Numbered from the stretch's first letter, positions 8,647 through 19,246 are shown. The stretch is 64,000 nt of DNA from Candidatus Krumholzibacteriia bacterium (GCA_963836185.1 CAWIIQ010000001.1:2163309-2227308), one strand, 5' to 3'. A program made the numbers and translations. Notes: a model not told the origin generated them from the letters alone.

Positions 8647-10740
8647 ATGAAACGCACGGTCATTACCATATCGATCTCGCTGCTGCTGGCGGCCGCCCTT
8701 CTTGCGGGGTGCGGAGGGCGCAGGACTGCATACGATTCACTCTACGCCGAACTCTCCGAGGACCTTTCCGGTTCCGATCCTTCCGTCCTTGCCGGGCGCA
8801 GGATCGTCATCGACCCGGGGCATGGCGGTGAATACAACGGCGCCATCGGAGCCGACAGCCTGAGTGAGGCCGAAGTCAATCTCGGCGTCGCACTATACCT
8901 CTGGGGCCTGCTCGAGGAAGCGGGGGCCGAGGTCCACATGACGAGGTCGTCGGACAGGGACTTCCTTCCCGAGGGCTCTTCGGAACCCGGAGCCGACCTT
9001 GCCGCCCTGCTCAGGGACGACCTTGAGGCCCGGATCGAGAAGGCGAACGAATTCGAGCCGGAGGTATTCATCTCGATCCACCACAATTCGAACATCGCTC
9101 TCGACCGTGAACGGAACGGTATCGAGATATACTACAGAGGCACCGATCACGGAGCCTCCCTCGAACTCGCCACCGATCTTCATACTCACCTGGCGAGAAA
9201 CCTCGGCATATCTGTCACGACTATCAAAACGGGGAACTACTACGTCCTTCGAAACTCGAAGGCCGGCGCCGCAGCGCTGGGCGAGGCGAGCTATCTTTCC
9301 AATCCGGGCGTGGAGGAAAAACTCAAGCTGTCGGCCAAGCAGAAGCTCGAGGCCGAGGCATATTTCCTCGGCCTGGTCGAATACTTCTCCAGGGGCGTCC
9401 CGGTGATAGAGATGACCGGGGCGGACACGGATACATTTACAGCGCCGGCGAGGCTCGAGTTCTTCGTCGAACCCGGCGCGGGAGTCCCTCTCGATCCGGC
9501 ATCGTTCGAAGCGAGGATAAACGGGAAAAGGAGGGCCTGCTTCCAGCCTGAAGATGGCGGGAACCCCTTCTGCCGGATGCCGGCCTCGATGCCGAACGGG
9601 ATATTCTCAGTCACCTTCTCGGCAGGAAGCGTCAAAGGGGCGACGGCGACATACGGGCCGAAGAAGATGCTGCTCGACCGTCCCTTGAGATTCTTCCTTC
9701 CGATGGCCCCGACAACGAGTTCTGACGGGTCGAAACGCCTCGAAGTGCTGGTACTCGATGCTGGGGGACGGCCGGTCTCCGACGGAAAGGCGATATCCCT
9801 GGTCGGAGAGGATGGAAAGAACAGGAGCACCTCGTTTACGAAGAAGGGAATCGCCCACTTCATCAGCGGTACGGCAACCGGATCCTTTTTCGTTTCCTCT
9901 GGTACTTCCATCGACACACTGAGATTCGATGAAGGAGGAGCGGGATCGGTCCTTTATACAGTCGCGGTGAACGACCTTACCGACAGCCCGATCCCTGGCG
10001 CGATCCTTCGTTTCGCCGATGGAAGTACGGCAGAGAGCAACAGGAAAGGACAGATCATCTCGGCGCCGGCGGAAACAGCCGGAGCCATCCTCTATGCGCC
10101 TGGATATGAACCGGCGCCAATCGGATCGATGGACTCGGAAGCCTACATGGATCGCGTCCTCTTCACGAGGATGACCCCTCTCTACGGAGGAGCCCTGCTC
10201 GGAAAGAAGGTCGTCATCGATCCCGCCGGAGGAGGCACGGACGACGCGGGCAGGGGCGCGGGAGCACTGCGCGGCGCCACTGTCAACCTGCGCCTCGCGA
10301 GAGGACTCGAAAAGCTGCTCACTGCAGCAGGGGCATCAGTCCTCTTAACGAGGGCGGGCGAGGAGCAGCTCTCAGATCAGAACAGGATATTCAGGGCAAA
10401 CAGGGTCGGGGCACACATGGCGATCGGGCTTAGATTCGGAGGTGCTGAAGTTACGGACGCGGGATGCTCCGTCTACCACTATCCGGGCAGCGTCAAGGGA
10501 ACAGCGTTCGCAGACAGCCTTGTCTCAAGCCTCTCCGGCATGCCTCCATGCGAATCGTTCGTCAAGGCCGGATCATCCGATCTCTTCCTCCAGCAGACGA
10601 ACTGTCCGGCGGTATTGTTATCTGGCGGCTCGCTCTCCGATGCCGGGACCGAGAATATCCTCGGCTCACCAAAGTGGATCCGGCTTGAGTCGGAAGCGAT
10701 CCTGAGAGCCCTTGCCGGATACTTCGGCGGCGGAGACTGA
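8647..10740 (+). CDS. N-acetylmuramoyl-L-alanine amidase lipoprotein with two Amidase_3-like domains
   Basis: Lipoprotein signal (LLAGCGG); two amidase_3-type domains (VIDPGHGG...ISIHHNS near the N-terminus, VVIDPAGGG...HMAIGLRFGG near the C-terminus). Confidence 0.8.
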   Translation: MKRTVITISISLLLAAALLAGCGGRRTAYDSLYAELSEDLSGSDPSVLAGRRIVIDPGHGGEYNGAIGADSLSEAEVNLGVALYLWGLLEEAGAEVHMTRSSDRDFLPEGSSEPGADLAALLRDDLEARIEKANEFEPEVFISIHHNSNIALDRERNGIEIYYRGTDHGASLELATDLHTHLARNLGISVTTIKTGNYYVLRNSKAGAAALGEASYLSNPGVEEKLKLSAKQKLEAEAYFLGLVEYFSRGVPVIEMTGADTDTFTAPARLEFFVEPGAGVPLDPASFEARINGKRRACFQPEDGGNPFCRMPASMPNGIFSVTFSAGSVKGATATYGPKKMLLDRPLRFFLPMAPTTSSDGSKRLEVLVLDAGGRPVSDGKAISLVGEDGKNRSTSFTKKGIAHFISGTATGSFFVSSGTSIDTLRFDEGGAGSVLYTVAVNDLTDSPIPGAILRFADGSTAESNRKGQIISAPAETAGAILYAPGYEPAPIGSMDSEAYMDRVLFTRMTPLYGGALLGKKVVIDPAGGGTDDAGRGAGALRGATVNLRLARGLEKLLTAAGASVLLTRAGEEQLSDQNRIFRANRVGAHMAIGLRFGGAEVTDAGCSVYHYPGSVKGTAFADSLVSSLSGMPPCESFVKAGSSDLFLQQTNCPAVLLSGGSLSDAGTENILGSPKWIRLESEAILRALAGYFGGGD

Positions 10741-10813
10741 CCGCTCAGCCCTGCGCGCGTTTTACCCATCCTTGACCTTTTCGTCTTTCATCGCGATATT
10801 TACAGAGAACAAC

Positions 10814-11479
10814 ATGGTAGAGAAGATAAAACAATATGACCGCAAGTGGAGAAAGAGGCTGATCTACCTCCTTCCAGTCTCCATCCTTCTGCTCATCATC
10901 ATAGTGCTGAGCGTTGAAAAGACCGGTATAGCAGACAGGATATTCAACGTCGGATATGAAGGCCCGATGGAGATCCTTCCCCAGATCACGATCCTCGAAG
11001 ACGCCGGTATAGAGGCGGAGATCTTCGAAAAGGAGAGGCACGACATGGTCGCTCGCGAGGTAGAGGTCTACAGCGAGGAGATCGAGGACGAGAACGAGGA
11101 AGCGGAGACATCGCTCTCCCCTAAGGAGGATCCCGAGGAACCGATATACGACGACTTTGAAGGATACGACCCGATCCGCACATACGAATCTCACGCCTCC
11201 GTTCCCTACAGGGAAGACTACGTCATCAAGAAGATGATCGAGCCCGTCTATCCGTCGCAGGCGATGCTCCTCGGCCACGAAGGGTATGTGCTCGTAGAGG
11301 TCTACGTCAACGACGAGGGTTTCGTTCAGGAAGCCTGGGTAAGGAAGATCAAGGGGGACGAGAGTTTCGAGGAGGCCACCCTCGATGCGGTCAGGCAGTT
11401 CGAGTTCAGGCCCGTCATGGAAAGGGGAAAGCCTATATCGTTCTGGCTGAGTTTTCTGGTGAGATTCGAACTGAACTGA
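10814..11479 (+). CDS. TonB C-terminal domain protein
   Basis: Internal ATG (MVEKIKQYDRKWRK) followed by a TM helix (LIYLLPVSILLLIIIVL), acidic linker and TonB_C-like end (YPSQAMLLGHEGYVLVEVYVNDEGFVQEAWV...FRPV); ORF extends upstream to 10712. Confidence 0.7.
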   Translation: MVEKIKQYDRKWRKRLIYLLPVSILLLIIIVLSVEKTGIADRIFNVGYEGPMEILPQITILEDAGIEAEIFEKERHDMVAREVEVYSEEIEDENEEAETSLSPKEDPEEPIYDDFEGYDPIRTYESHASVPYREDYVIKKMIEPVYPSQAMLLGHEGYVLVEVYVNDEGFVQEAWVRKIKGDESFEEATLDAVRQFEFRPVMERGKPISFWLSFLVRFELN

Positions 11480-11484
11480 CCCGG

Positions 11485-13218
11485 TCAGCGGACCGGTGCC
11501 GAAATGGTCACAAATTCCTCTACCTTTTCCCCCCTCACGATATTGAACCTGATCCCGTCACCGGACATCAATTCTATGAAGTTGTGCTGCTTCTCCATGA
11601 GCATCCTCTCCATCTCATCGCGCAGCGATTCTTCGGATGCGGAGGATGCAGCCATCGCCTCAAGCACCTTCCTCACCCCGTCGTATCCTCCCGTGACGAA
11701 CCTGTTGATATCGCCCCCCTCGTACCCTGTCAGCACCGCCGCGGCCAGGTATCTCTCCTCGCTCGAACCAGATATGTCTTCGGCGGGGAAGACAGCTCCC
11801 TCCAGGTCGCGGCCCGTCATCCTCAGGAGCTTGCTCGAGTTCCACGACGATGTGCCGAGCAACTGAACACCGAACTCATAGAATGAAAGCTGCGGAAGGA
11901 TCAGAACGAGATCCTCGGAATCCGGCGGGAGGAAGAGCGCTTCAGGAACGGCATCCCTTATCCTCTCGATATCGTATCTGAAATCGGTGCTGCCCGGCTC
12001 ATAGAAGTCCGCGATGCAGAGCGTCCCTCCGAGCCCCTCGACCTCGAGCCTCAGAAGCTCGGCGAGAGAATGCCATCTCGGTGAATCCTCGGCCATGAAG
12101 GCGATCCTGCGTATGCCCATCTCGAGGATGGCCACTCTCGCTACGGCAGCTATCTCCGTCTCGTAATCCTGCGAATGCTGGAATATATACGGGCCTATCC
12201 CCGTTATCCCCTCCTCCGACGCCACGGGAGAGTAGAGGACCGTTCCGGCATACTCCGCAGCCTGCGCCGCGGCTATCGTCGTAGAACTGAGAACGCCCCC
12301 TACGATAGCGTCTACATTCTCCTCCTCTATCAGGACGACAGCGGCACTTCTCGCATCGAGCGCGTTAGACCGCGTATCTCCTACGACCAGTTCCACTCCG
12401 GTCACGCCGTACTCTCTCGCCTCGCGTATCGCTATGGTCGCGCCGCGCAGAAATTCCCTGCCCAGAGGTGCGAACCTGCCGCTCAGGGGGCAGAGCAGTC
12501 CTATCGAACCGGCAGCCTCGCCAGCGCCCGGATCTCTCGGCCTTACTGCTCCCGGTGCGACCGTCCTTCCCGGGATAGGCGCGATCGTCGTCTCCATCGT
12601 GTCGAGCTCCGCGATGTGCGACCTGATCTCCCTCACAGAAGCTGTATCTCCGGCCGCCTCGGCTATCAGGAGCGAACCTTCGTATACAAGCTCGATGCCA
12701 GGAGCTGCCGGGTACGTCTCCTCCAGGCCTGCCAGCTGGCTTCCTGACAGAAGTGGTACTATCTGCGACAAGCCCGCCCTGGCCTCCCCGCTTACCGAGG
12801 GATCGAGGGCCATTGCGGTCATGAAACGTGCTGCTGCGTCCTCGAATCTACCCTTGTCCCTGTCTATCCCGGCCAGAAGGATGTTCACCTCAGCGGCAGT
12901 CCCGGCGCCGGTCTCGGGAGAGGCCAGCGGCGAAAGGATCTCATATGCCTCTTCGGAGAATCCGAGCTCGATGCAGGATCTTCCTGTCTCCAGGCTTACC
13001 TCTCCGGCGGCATCCGAATCGGGATATGTATCGAGAAATTGCTTTCCGGACTTGCGAACGGCACGATCATTACCGCTCGAGACATATGAACGCAGCTCTT
13101 CGAGTTGCTCATCCTGTATCTGCTGAGGGGATACTTCTGTCTCGACAGACGCCTTCTTCGTCGCGCACGAAGTCAGCAACAGCAGGATGAGTCCAGGTAT
13201 GAAGATCTTTTTCATCAT
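11485..13218 (-). CDS. lipoprotein with TPR-like N-terminus and periplasmic-binding-protein (LivK/LpoA-like) C-terminal domain
   Basis: Signal plus lipobox (LLLLTSC); C-terminal half resembles type-I periplasmic binding fold; overall architecture like penicillin-binding-protein activator LpoA. Confidence 0.55.
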   Translation of the reverse strand: MMKKIFIPGLILLLLTSCATKKASVETEVSPQQIQDEQLEELRSYVSSGNDRAVRKSGKQFLDTYPDSDAAGEVSLETGRSCIELGFSEEAYEILSPLASPETGAGTAAEVNILLAGIDRDKGRFEDAAARFMTAMALDPSVSGEARAGLSQIVPLLSGSQLAGLEETYPAAPGIELVYEGSLLIAEAAGDTASVREIRSHIAELDTMETTIAPIPGRTVAPGAVRPRDPGAGEAAGSIGLLCPLSGRFAPLGREFLRGATIAIREAREYGVTGVELVVGDTRSNALDARSAAVVLIEEENVDAIVGGVLSSTTIAAAQAAEYAGTVLYSPVASEEGITGIGPYIFQHSQDYETEIAAVARVAILEMGIRRIAFMAEDSPRWHSLAELLRLEVEGLGGTLCIADFYEPGSTDFRYDIERIRDAVPEALFLPPDSEDLVLILPQLSFYEFGVQLLGTSSWNSSKLLRMTGRDLEGAVFPAEDISGSSEERYLAAAVLTGYEGGDINRFVTGGYDGVRKVLEAMAASSASEESLRDEMERMLMEKQHNFIELMSGDGIRFNIVRGEKVEEFVTISAPVR

Positions 13219-13754
13219 CGCTTCTTAGGCGGCAGCCCGGCCGTCCCTTTACCGAGATAGGACAGTGCGAGCTCGTAATATTCCATTGACTGCCCGATCA
13301 GTCTCTCGATGACCGCATCGTCGACCTGCCTGCGTACCTTTCCCGGCACACCGGCAACGAGCGATCCCGGCGGTATCCCGGTCCCTTCGAGCACTACCGC
13401 GCCAGCCGCGATTATACTTCCTTTTCCTATCCTGGCGCCATCAAGAATTACGGCTCCCATTCCGATCAGTGCCCCGTCCTCCACCGTACAGGAATGGAGG
13501 ATCGCCCCGTGCCCTACGGTCACGTTGTCACCGACAACGAGTCCGGGGCCGCCTGTCGTACAATGACATACGCAGACGTCCTGTACGTTCGAATATCTGC
13601 CGATGGTAATCGGTCCGCAGTCGCCCCTTACCGACGCTCCGTGCCATACACTCGATCCGTCCCCTATGGTGACGTCGCCGATGACGCTGGCGCTCGGCGC
13701 GATGAATACATCCTTCCCAACTACCGGTATCATCCCCTGTAATTCCTCTATCAT
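13215..13754 (-). CDS. gamma-carbonic-anhydrase family protein (hexapeptide repeat)
   Basis: Left-handed beta-helix hexapeptide repeats (IAPSASVIGDVTIGDGSSVWHGASVRGD...), CaiE/PaaY/YrdA-like; start chosen at internal ATG. Confidence 0.8.
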   Translation of the reverse strand: MIEELQGMIPVVGKDVFIAPSASVIGDVTIGDGSSVWHGASVRGDCGPITIGRYSNVQDVCVCHCTTGGPGLVVGDNVTVGHGAILHSCTVEDGALIGMGAVILDGARIGKGSIIAAGAVVLEGTGIPPGSLVAGVPGKVRRQVDDAVIERLIGQSMEYYELALSYLGKGTAGLPPKKR

Positions 13755-13779
13755 ACCCGTCCCTGCCCTGTCAGGAATC

Positions 13780-14244
13780 CTACAGCTCCCCGGGATCGAT
13801 CTCCTCCAGACCGTTCCCGCCGGCTCCATCCTCGACCCTTCCTATCTGGAGGTTTCGCTTGTACTTCTCGAAAAGTTCTTCCTCTACCTGTATGGTCGAT
13901 CCTGCCCGAAGCGCCAGAGCGACGGCGTCGCTCGGACGGGCGTCGAGGTAGAAGAGCTCCTCGCCCCGTCCCAAGACGATCCTTGCGAAATATGTGTCCT
14001 CGTGGATACCGGTGATCTCTATCCACTTGACCTCGCCGCCAAGTTCCTCTACGACGAGTTTCAGGAGATCGTGCGTCATCGGCCGCTCGAATGTCTTCCC
14101 CGCCAGAACGGTGTAGATAGCGGTGGCCTCCGCCGCACCGATCCAGATCGGCAGGACCTCCTCACCCTCTTCCGATCTGATGAGGACGACTGGAAACTCC
14201 CTCTCGCGGTCGAGGGCGATTCCGCTCACATATACCTCTTTCAT
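13780..14244 (-). CDS. bifunctional nuclease family protein (DUF151)
   Basis: MKEVYVSGIALDREREFPVVLIRSEEGEEVLPIWIGAAEATAI...ARPSDAVALALRAGSTI matches the BFN/DUF151 fold; start at internal ATG. Confidence 0.7.
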   Translation of the reverse strand: MKEVYVSGIALDREREFPVVLIRSEEGEEVLPIWIGAAEATAIYTVLAGKTFERPMTHDLLKLVVEELGGEVKWIEITGIHEDTYFARIVLGRGEELFYLDARPSDAVALALRAGSTIQVEEELFEKYKRNLQIGRVEDGAGGNGLEEIDPGEL

Positions 14245-14254
14245 GTTCACCCTG

Positions 14255-15466
14255 TCAGTCCTTGCCGCTCTTGTCTTCCTCAATATGGTCCTTCATCTGA
14301 TCGACCGACTCGAACCTGGGATGAGGTTTGTCGAGGTTCTCTATCATCCACTTCGCCGACTCCGCCACTTCCGTATCCGGGTATTCTCTGATGAGCTCTT
14401 CGAAGGCCCTTCTCGCCGATACGAGATCCATCAGTTCCTCGGCATAGACGAAACCGATCATGAACAGGGCCTGAGGGGCAAACTTGTGATCGGGATACCT
14501 GTTGACCAGATTTCTGTAGTACTGGATCCTCGTATAGTTAGCATCCTCTTCCTGGGCGATCTCCCAGAGTTCCTCGGGCGATCTCGTCGTCTCAATGATC
14601 CTCTCGCGAACGAAGTTTTCCGGTTTGTACTCCTGCCTCAGACTTTCGATCTCAGCCTTCAGGCCGACCTTGGCCTTTTCGCCGCGGAGACGATCGGATA
14701 TATCATTCCTGACCTCGGAGAGCGGTTTGAGGTTCTCGGGCTTCTTGTCCGATATCTTGACGATCGAATATCCCTTCTTGGTAACGACGACATCGCTTAT
14801 CTGGCCGATATTGAGATGTTTTATCTGGTCGGAGAACTCCTCCGAGTCCCCGTAGAATTTTACATATCCGCCGGGATTGAAGTACCCGAGTTCACCATTT
14901 GCCTGAGCGGTCGTCCGGTCCTCGCTCTCGTACTTGGCTATCTTGTTGAACTTCTCACCGTCATCAAGCCTCTTCTTCCATTCCGCGACCTTCGCACTGT
15001 CTGTGGAGAAGGCGTGCTGAGCCTTGATGATAGCCTTGTTCGTAAACTCTTCCCAGTGGTCTTCATAGTACTTCTGTATCTCCTCGTCGGTCACATCTAC
15101 TTTCTGCCTGATCGTCTTGTCGTAGTATGAGGTGATCAGGATGTTCTTTTCAGCCTGCCGTATCTGCTTTTTTACATCCTCATCGTACATGAGATCGGAC
15201 TTTCCCGCCGCCAGGTACAGAAGCTCCTCGTCAATCAGGGCATCGACGAGTTTGGCGCGGCCGCTCTTGCCCTTGTACTGCGCTTTAAGCTGCGGAGGCA
15301 TAGACTCGAGCCTGTCGTCGATATCCTTTGCCGTGATCTTGTTGCTGCCTACCCGGGCATCCAGGCCCTGGTTCACCTCTATCTTGTTGCTTTGTTCAGA
15401 GCATGAGGCCGCGATCAGGGAGATCGATACCACCAGCGCCATGAAAACTGCCATCCTCTTCGACAT
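14255..15466 (-). CDS. peptidyl-prolyl cis-trans isomerase lipoprotein (parvulin type, SurA/PrsA-like)
   Basis: Lipoprotein signal (LIAASC), SurA-like N-terminal chaperone region, parvulin domain (GELGYFNPGGYVKFYGDSEEF), TPR-like C-terminus. Confidence 0.75.
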   Translation of the reverse strand: MSKRMAVFMALVVSISLIAASCSEQSNKIEVNQGLDARVGSNKITAKDIDDRLESMPPQLKAQYKGKSGRAKLVDALIDEELLYLAAGKSDLMYDEDVKKQIRQAEKNILITSYYDKTIRQKVDVTDEEIQKYYEDHWEEFTNKAIIKAQHAFSTDSAKVAEWKKRLDDGEKFNKIAKYESEDRTTAQANGELGYFNPGGYVKFYGDSEEFSDQIKHLNIGQISDVVVTKKGYSIVKISDKKPENLKPLSEVRNDISDRLRGEKAKVGLKAEIESLRQEYKPENFVRERIIETTRSPEELWEIAQEEDANYTRIQYYRNLVNRYPDHKFAPQALFMIGFVYAEELMDLVSARRAFEELIREYPDTEVAESAKWMIENLDKPHPRFESVDQMKDHIEEDKSGKD

Positions 15467-15491
15467 CGGGTCCTCCTTTTGTCAGTCGATC

Positions 15492-16562
15492 TTACAGGTG
15501 TTCCTTACTGTTATTTCTCTCGAGTCTTTCGAGTATCTCACGGACTCTCTGGCTGTCGCCCTTTCTGCAGACAAGGACTCGTCCGCCGCTGACAGCCACG
15601 ATGACGTCATCGACGCCTATCGTCGCGGTAAATCCGCCGGGATTATAGATGATATTACCTTTTGAATCGATCAGCTCCATCTCGCCGGCCCTCGCGTTGC
15701 CTGCCGCGTCCAGGGGCAGAATGTCACCGAGGGCGTCCCATGAGCCGACGTCGCTCCAGCCAAAAGAGACGGGCAGGACCACGACATTTCCGGCCTTTTC
15801 CAGTATCCCGAAATCGACCGAGATCGACGGCATCGAGCCGTAGTGCTCTCCCGCTTCTTCGTCGAGACGGCCCTGCGCCGCGGCGGTCTCCAGGCCGAGA
15901 AGGGGACCTTTCCCCTCGGGCAGGAACGAGTTCCACGCCTCGATGAATACAGAGGGTCTCCAGACAAAGATGCCGCTGTTCCAGAAGTAATTTCCGCTGT
16001 CGAGATATCGACGCGCTGTCTCACGGTCAGGTTTTTCATGGAACTTCTCGACCCTCAGGGGAACGGGAGTCTCTCCCGCAGGCATATCCGTTGATGTCTC
16101 TATATAACCATAGCCGGTCTCCGGCCCGGACGGTTCTATGCCGAATGTCACGAGTACATCCCCGCCGGACGCGGCATCGGCCGCTGTCCGCACGGCTTCC
16201 AGGAAACCGGCCTCATCCCGGATAAGATGATCCGAGGGACAGCAGAGGATAGGATCATCGGAGCCTCTCGCTCTTATCATGATCGCGGCCGCCGCAAGAG
16301 ATGGAGCTGTATTGCGCGATACTGGCTCAGCGAAGAGGTTCTCAACGGGAAGTCCGGGAAGGTCCTGCCTGACCGATTCCGCCTGGTCGGCGGCAGTCAG
16401 TACGAGTATCCGTTCAGCGGGGAGAAAAGAGCGCATCCGCTCCCATGTGAGGGAAAGCATGCTCCCTTCTCCTGTAATATCGAGGAACTGCTTCGGGGTC
16501 CCGGCAGTGCTTGCCGGCCAGAACCTTGTTCCTTTTCCTCCTGCGAGGATCGCAGCGTACAC
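15492..16562 (-). CDS. manC: mannose-1-phosphate guanylyltransferase
   Basis: N-terminal nucleotidyltransferase motif MYAAILAGGKGTRFWP and overall ManC/GMP-like sequence. Confidence 0.85.
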   Translation of the reverse strand: MYAAILAGGKGTRFWPASTAGTPKQFLDITGEGSMLSLTWERMRSFLPAERILVLTAADQAESVRQDLPGLPVENLFAEPVSRNTAPSLAAAAIMIRARGSDDPILCCPSDHLIRDEAGFLEAVRTAADAASGGDVLVTFGIEPSGPETGYGYIETSTDMPAGETPVPLRVEKFHEKPDRETARRYLDSGNYFWNSGIFVWRPSVFIEAWNSFLPEGKGPLLGLETAAAQGRLDEEAGEHYGSMPSISVDFGILEKAGNVVVLPVSFGWSDVGSWDALGDILPLDAAGNARAGEMELIDSKGNIIYNPGGFTATIGVDDVIVAVSGGRVLVCRKGDSQRVREILERLERNNSKEHL

Positions 16563-16598
16563 GGGCCACCCCCTGGTCTACGCCCGCCTGCGGGCGGA

Positions 16599-17999
16599 TT
16601 AATCAGAGTACAGTCCGGAGACGTCAATATGACCGGTCAGCGCGTCAGCGAACGCCTTGCGTATCTCTTCGAGAGATTCCCTGTCGTCCGCCTCGAACCT
16701 GAGAACAAGCACGGGCTGAGTATTTGACGCCCTGATCAATCCCCAGCCCTTATCGAAATCTACGCGGGCGCCGTCGACATCATTTACCTTGTTGGTCTTT
16801 CTGAAATGGTCGGCCACCTGTTCCACTACACCGAATTTCTTCTCGTCAGCGCATTCGACCCTGATCTCGGGAGTGCTCTCGTATTTCGGATAGTCGGCGA
16901 GCATCTCGCTGAGACTCAATTCACTCTTCGAGACGATCTCCAGGATCCTGCACGCGGCGTATATCGCGTCATCGAATCCGAAGTACCTGTCGGCGAAGAA
17001 CTGGTGCCCGCTCATCTCGCCCGCCAGCGGAGCGTTCTCGTCGCGCATCTTCTTCTTAATAAGTGAATGCCCGGTCCTCCACATTATCGGCCTGCCGCCG
17101 CGTTTCTCTATCTCCTCGGGGAGGGCTTTTGAGCACTTCACCTCGAATATGACAGCCGCGCCGGGATTCGTCGCCAGCACGTCCCTCGCGTAAAGAGCGA
17201 GAAGGGTGTCGCCCCAGATTATCTCACCCTTTTCATCGATGACTCCTATCCTGTCCGAATCACCGTCAAATCCTATCCCGAGTTCCAGCCCGCCATCGAT
17301 GACCGCCTGTCTCAGGTCGACGAGATTCTTCGCGACGGTGGGATCGGGATGATGATTGGGAAAGTTCCCGTCAGGCTCCATGTAGAGAAGTACCGGATCG
17401 CATCCGAGCTTCATGAAGAGTTCCGGAGCGGCCAGGCCGGCCGTCGCGTTCCCGCCATCGGCGGCAAAGCGTACCGGCCTCTCGAGATGTATGTTGTCAG
17501 CGAGATAATCGATGTACTCGGCGGTCGCACCCCGGGAGGTCATCGATCCCTTATTTTCCGCCGGCGCTGCGCTTCCCAGAAGGGTATGGAGCTCGGTTAT
17601 ATCTTCACCGTATATCGTACCTTCGCCGCGCAGGATCTTGAACCCGTTGTATTCGGCGGGATTGTGACTGGCCGTGATCATTACCCCGCCCTTTATATCC
17701 CACTTCTTTGCCGCGAAGTAGAATATCGGAGTCGGGACAACGCCTATATCGACGACATCGATACCGCCCGCCATCAGGCCGGCGGTAAGAGCCTCGAAAT
17801 AGAGATCACCGCTCAACCTGACGTCCCTGCCTACAACGGCGGTTGTGATCCCTTCACGCGATAAAGTGGAAGCGATCGCCAGGCCGAGGCCGCTTACCCC
17901 GTCGGGGGTCAGATCCACGTCTACTAGCCCGCGGATATCATATTCCCTGAATATCTTTCCAGGCAGTTCGATGACCGGCCTCCCTTCGATCCTGTCAAC
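16599..17999 (-). CDS. manB: phosphomannomutase/phosphoglucomutase
   Basis: IFREYDIRG N-terminal motif, active-site TASHNPAEYNGFK, metal-binding GFDGDSDR and sugar-binding GEMSGH; start approximate (alternative start codon just downstream of rplI). Confidence 0.85.
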   Translation of the reverse strand, partial: VDRIEGRPVIELPGKIFREYDIRGLVDVDLTPDGVSGLGLAIASTLSREGITTAVVGRDVRLSGDLYFEALTAGLMAGGIDVVDIGVVPTPIFYFAAKKWDIKGGVMITASHNPAEYNGFKILRGEGTIYGEDITELHTLLGSAAPAENKGSMTSRGATAEYIDYLADNIHLERPVRFAADGGNATAGLAAPELFMKLGCDPVLLYMEPDGNFPNHHPDPTVAKNLVDLRQAVIDGGLELGIGFDGDSDRIGVIDEKGEIIWGDTLLALYARDVLATNPGAAVIFEVKCSKALPEEIEKRGGRPIMWRTGHSLIKKKMRDENAPLAGEMSGHQFFADRYFGFDDAIYAACRILEIVSKSELSLSEMLADYPKYESTPEIRVECADEKKFGVVEQVADHFRKTNKVNDVDGARVDFDKGWGLIRASNTQPVLVLRFEADDRESLEEIRKAFADALTGHIDVSGLYSD

Positions 18000-18030
18000 T
18001 CGCCCCGAATCGCGGTCAGGCGACAGAGGG

Positions 18031-18474
18031 CTATTCCTTGACGACCCAGACCTTTGCCTGGATCTCGATATCCTTGTGAAGCTGTACCGGCACAGTATAT
18101 ACACCGAGAAGCTTGATGTGTTCCTCGAGCTTCACCATGTTATGATCGACAGCGTATCCGAGCTCGGTGATGGCGCGCGCGATATCGTACTCGCCCACCG
18201 AACCGTACAGCTTGTCCTCTTCGCCGGCCTGAACCACGATCGTGACCGAGAGATCTTTCATCTTCGCGGCCGTTTCGAGGATGGTCCGTTTTTCCTTGTC
18301 GTCCCTGATGTCACGAAGCTTGTTCTCTTCGTTCATCACCTTTTTCATCGCCTTGGTGGCGGGAAGGGCCATCTTGCGCGGCAGCAGGTAGTTTCTCGCG
18401 TAACCGTCCTTTACCTTGACGATCTCGCCGCGGCTGCCGAGGCCCTCTACGGACGTGGTAAGAATGATATCCAT
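18031..18474 (-). CDS. rplI: 50S ribosomal protein L9
   Basis: MDIILTTSVEGLGSRGEIVKVKDGYARNYLLPRKMA is a typical L9 N-terminus. Confidence 0.93.
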   Translation of the reverse strand: MDIILTTSVEGLGSRGEIVKVKDGYARNYLLPRKMALPATKAMKKVMNEENKLRDIRDDKEKRTILETAAKMKDLSVTIVVQAGEEDKLYGSVGEYDIARAITELGYAVDHNMVKLEEHIKLLGVYTVPVQLHKDIEIQAKVWVVKE

Positions 18475-18486
18475 ATTCCTGTCTCC

Positions 18487-18747
18487 CTACCTGTAATAGA
18501 TCTTCACGAAAGGCAGAATGGCGATCGCCCTGGCGCGCTTGATGGCATGAGCGAGCGCCCTCTGGTGCCTGGCGCACGTCCCCGTGATCCTGCGCGGAGT
18601 GATCTTGCCCCTGTCCGTGACGAATCTTCTGAGAAGGGCCTCATCCTTGTAGTTGATCGACAACTTGTCCGCACAGAACCTGCACGGTTTGTTGGTGGTC
18701 CTCTTCTCCTTCTTCTTCTTTCCTTTATTGGATGGCGTCTTCGACAT
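18487..18747 (-). CDS. rpsR: 30S ribosomal protein S18
   Basis: [42 protein letters not shown] is the S18 signature. Confidence 0.93.
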   Translation of the reverse strand: MSKTPSNKGKKKKEKRTTNKPCRFCADKLSINYKDEALLRRFVTDRGKITPRRITGTCARHQRALAHAIKRARAIAILPFVKIYYR

Positions 18748-19085
18748 TATCCTGTCTCCTCAGTTTCTCCGGCGGACTCGGCCGGCTGTTCGGTAACGGG
18801 ATCCTCATCGATGACGATAAGATGCCTGAGCACCATGTCGTCGAACCTGTAGACACGGTTAAGCTCGTTCAGGATCTCGTTGTCACCGTCGAAACACATG
18901 AGGATGTAAGTGCCCTCGAAGCGCTTGGCGATCGGATAGGCCAGCTTGCGCTTGCCCCAGAGATCTACCTTGCGGACCGTTCCTCCCCTGGAGGTGACGA
19001 TCTCATTGAACTTCTCCGTCTTTTCCTTAACGGCAAGTTCTTCAAGGGTTGGATCGAGGATATAAACGCACTCATAAGCACGCAT
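18747..19085 (-). CDS. rpsF: 30S ribosomal protein S6
   Basis: [16 protein letters not shown]... is a typical S6 N-terminus; stop overlaps the rpsR start. Confidence 0.9.
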   Translation of the reverse strand: MRAYECVYILDPTLEELAVKEKTEKFNEIVTSRGGTVRKVDLWGKRKLAYPIAKRFEGTYILMCFDGDNEILNELNRVYRFDDMVLRHLIVIDEDPVTEQPAESAGETEETG

Positions 19086-19187
19086 TGGGTTGCTCCTCCC
19101 TTCGGACTCATTCGACCTTCCCCGTCCCGGGCGGGACTGGAAGGTAGGGATTTATGTACCGCTCCCCGCAAAGGGGTGCGGATGCGA

Positions 19188-19216
19188 AATATAGCAGAAC
19201 CGCCCGGCCGAGTCAA
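19188..19216 (-). promoter_or_regulatory. sigma70-like promoter for rpsF-rpsR-rplI
   Basis: Minus strand TTGACT-N17-TATATT about 100 nt upstream of the rpsF start, followed by a structured GC-rich leader. Confidence 0.45.
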
Positions 19217-19246
19217 CCCCGCCTTTGAGGGCCATATCCGGGATCT

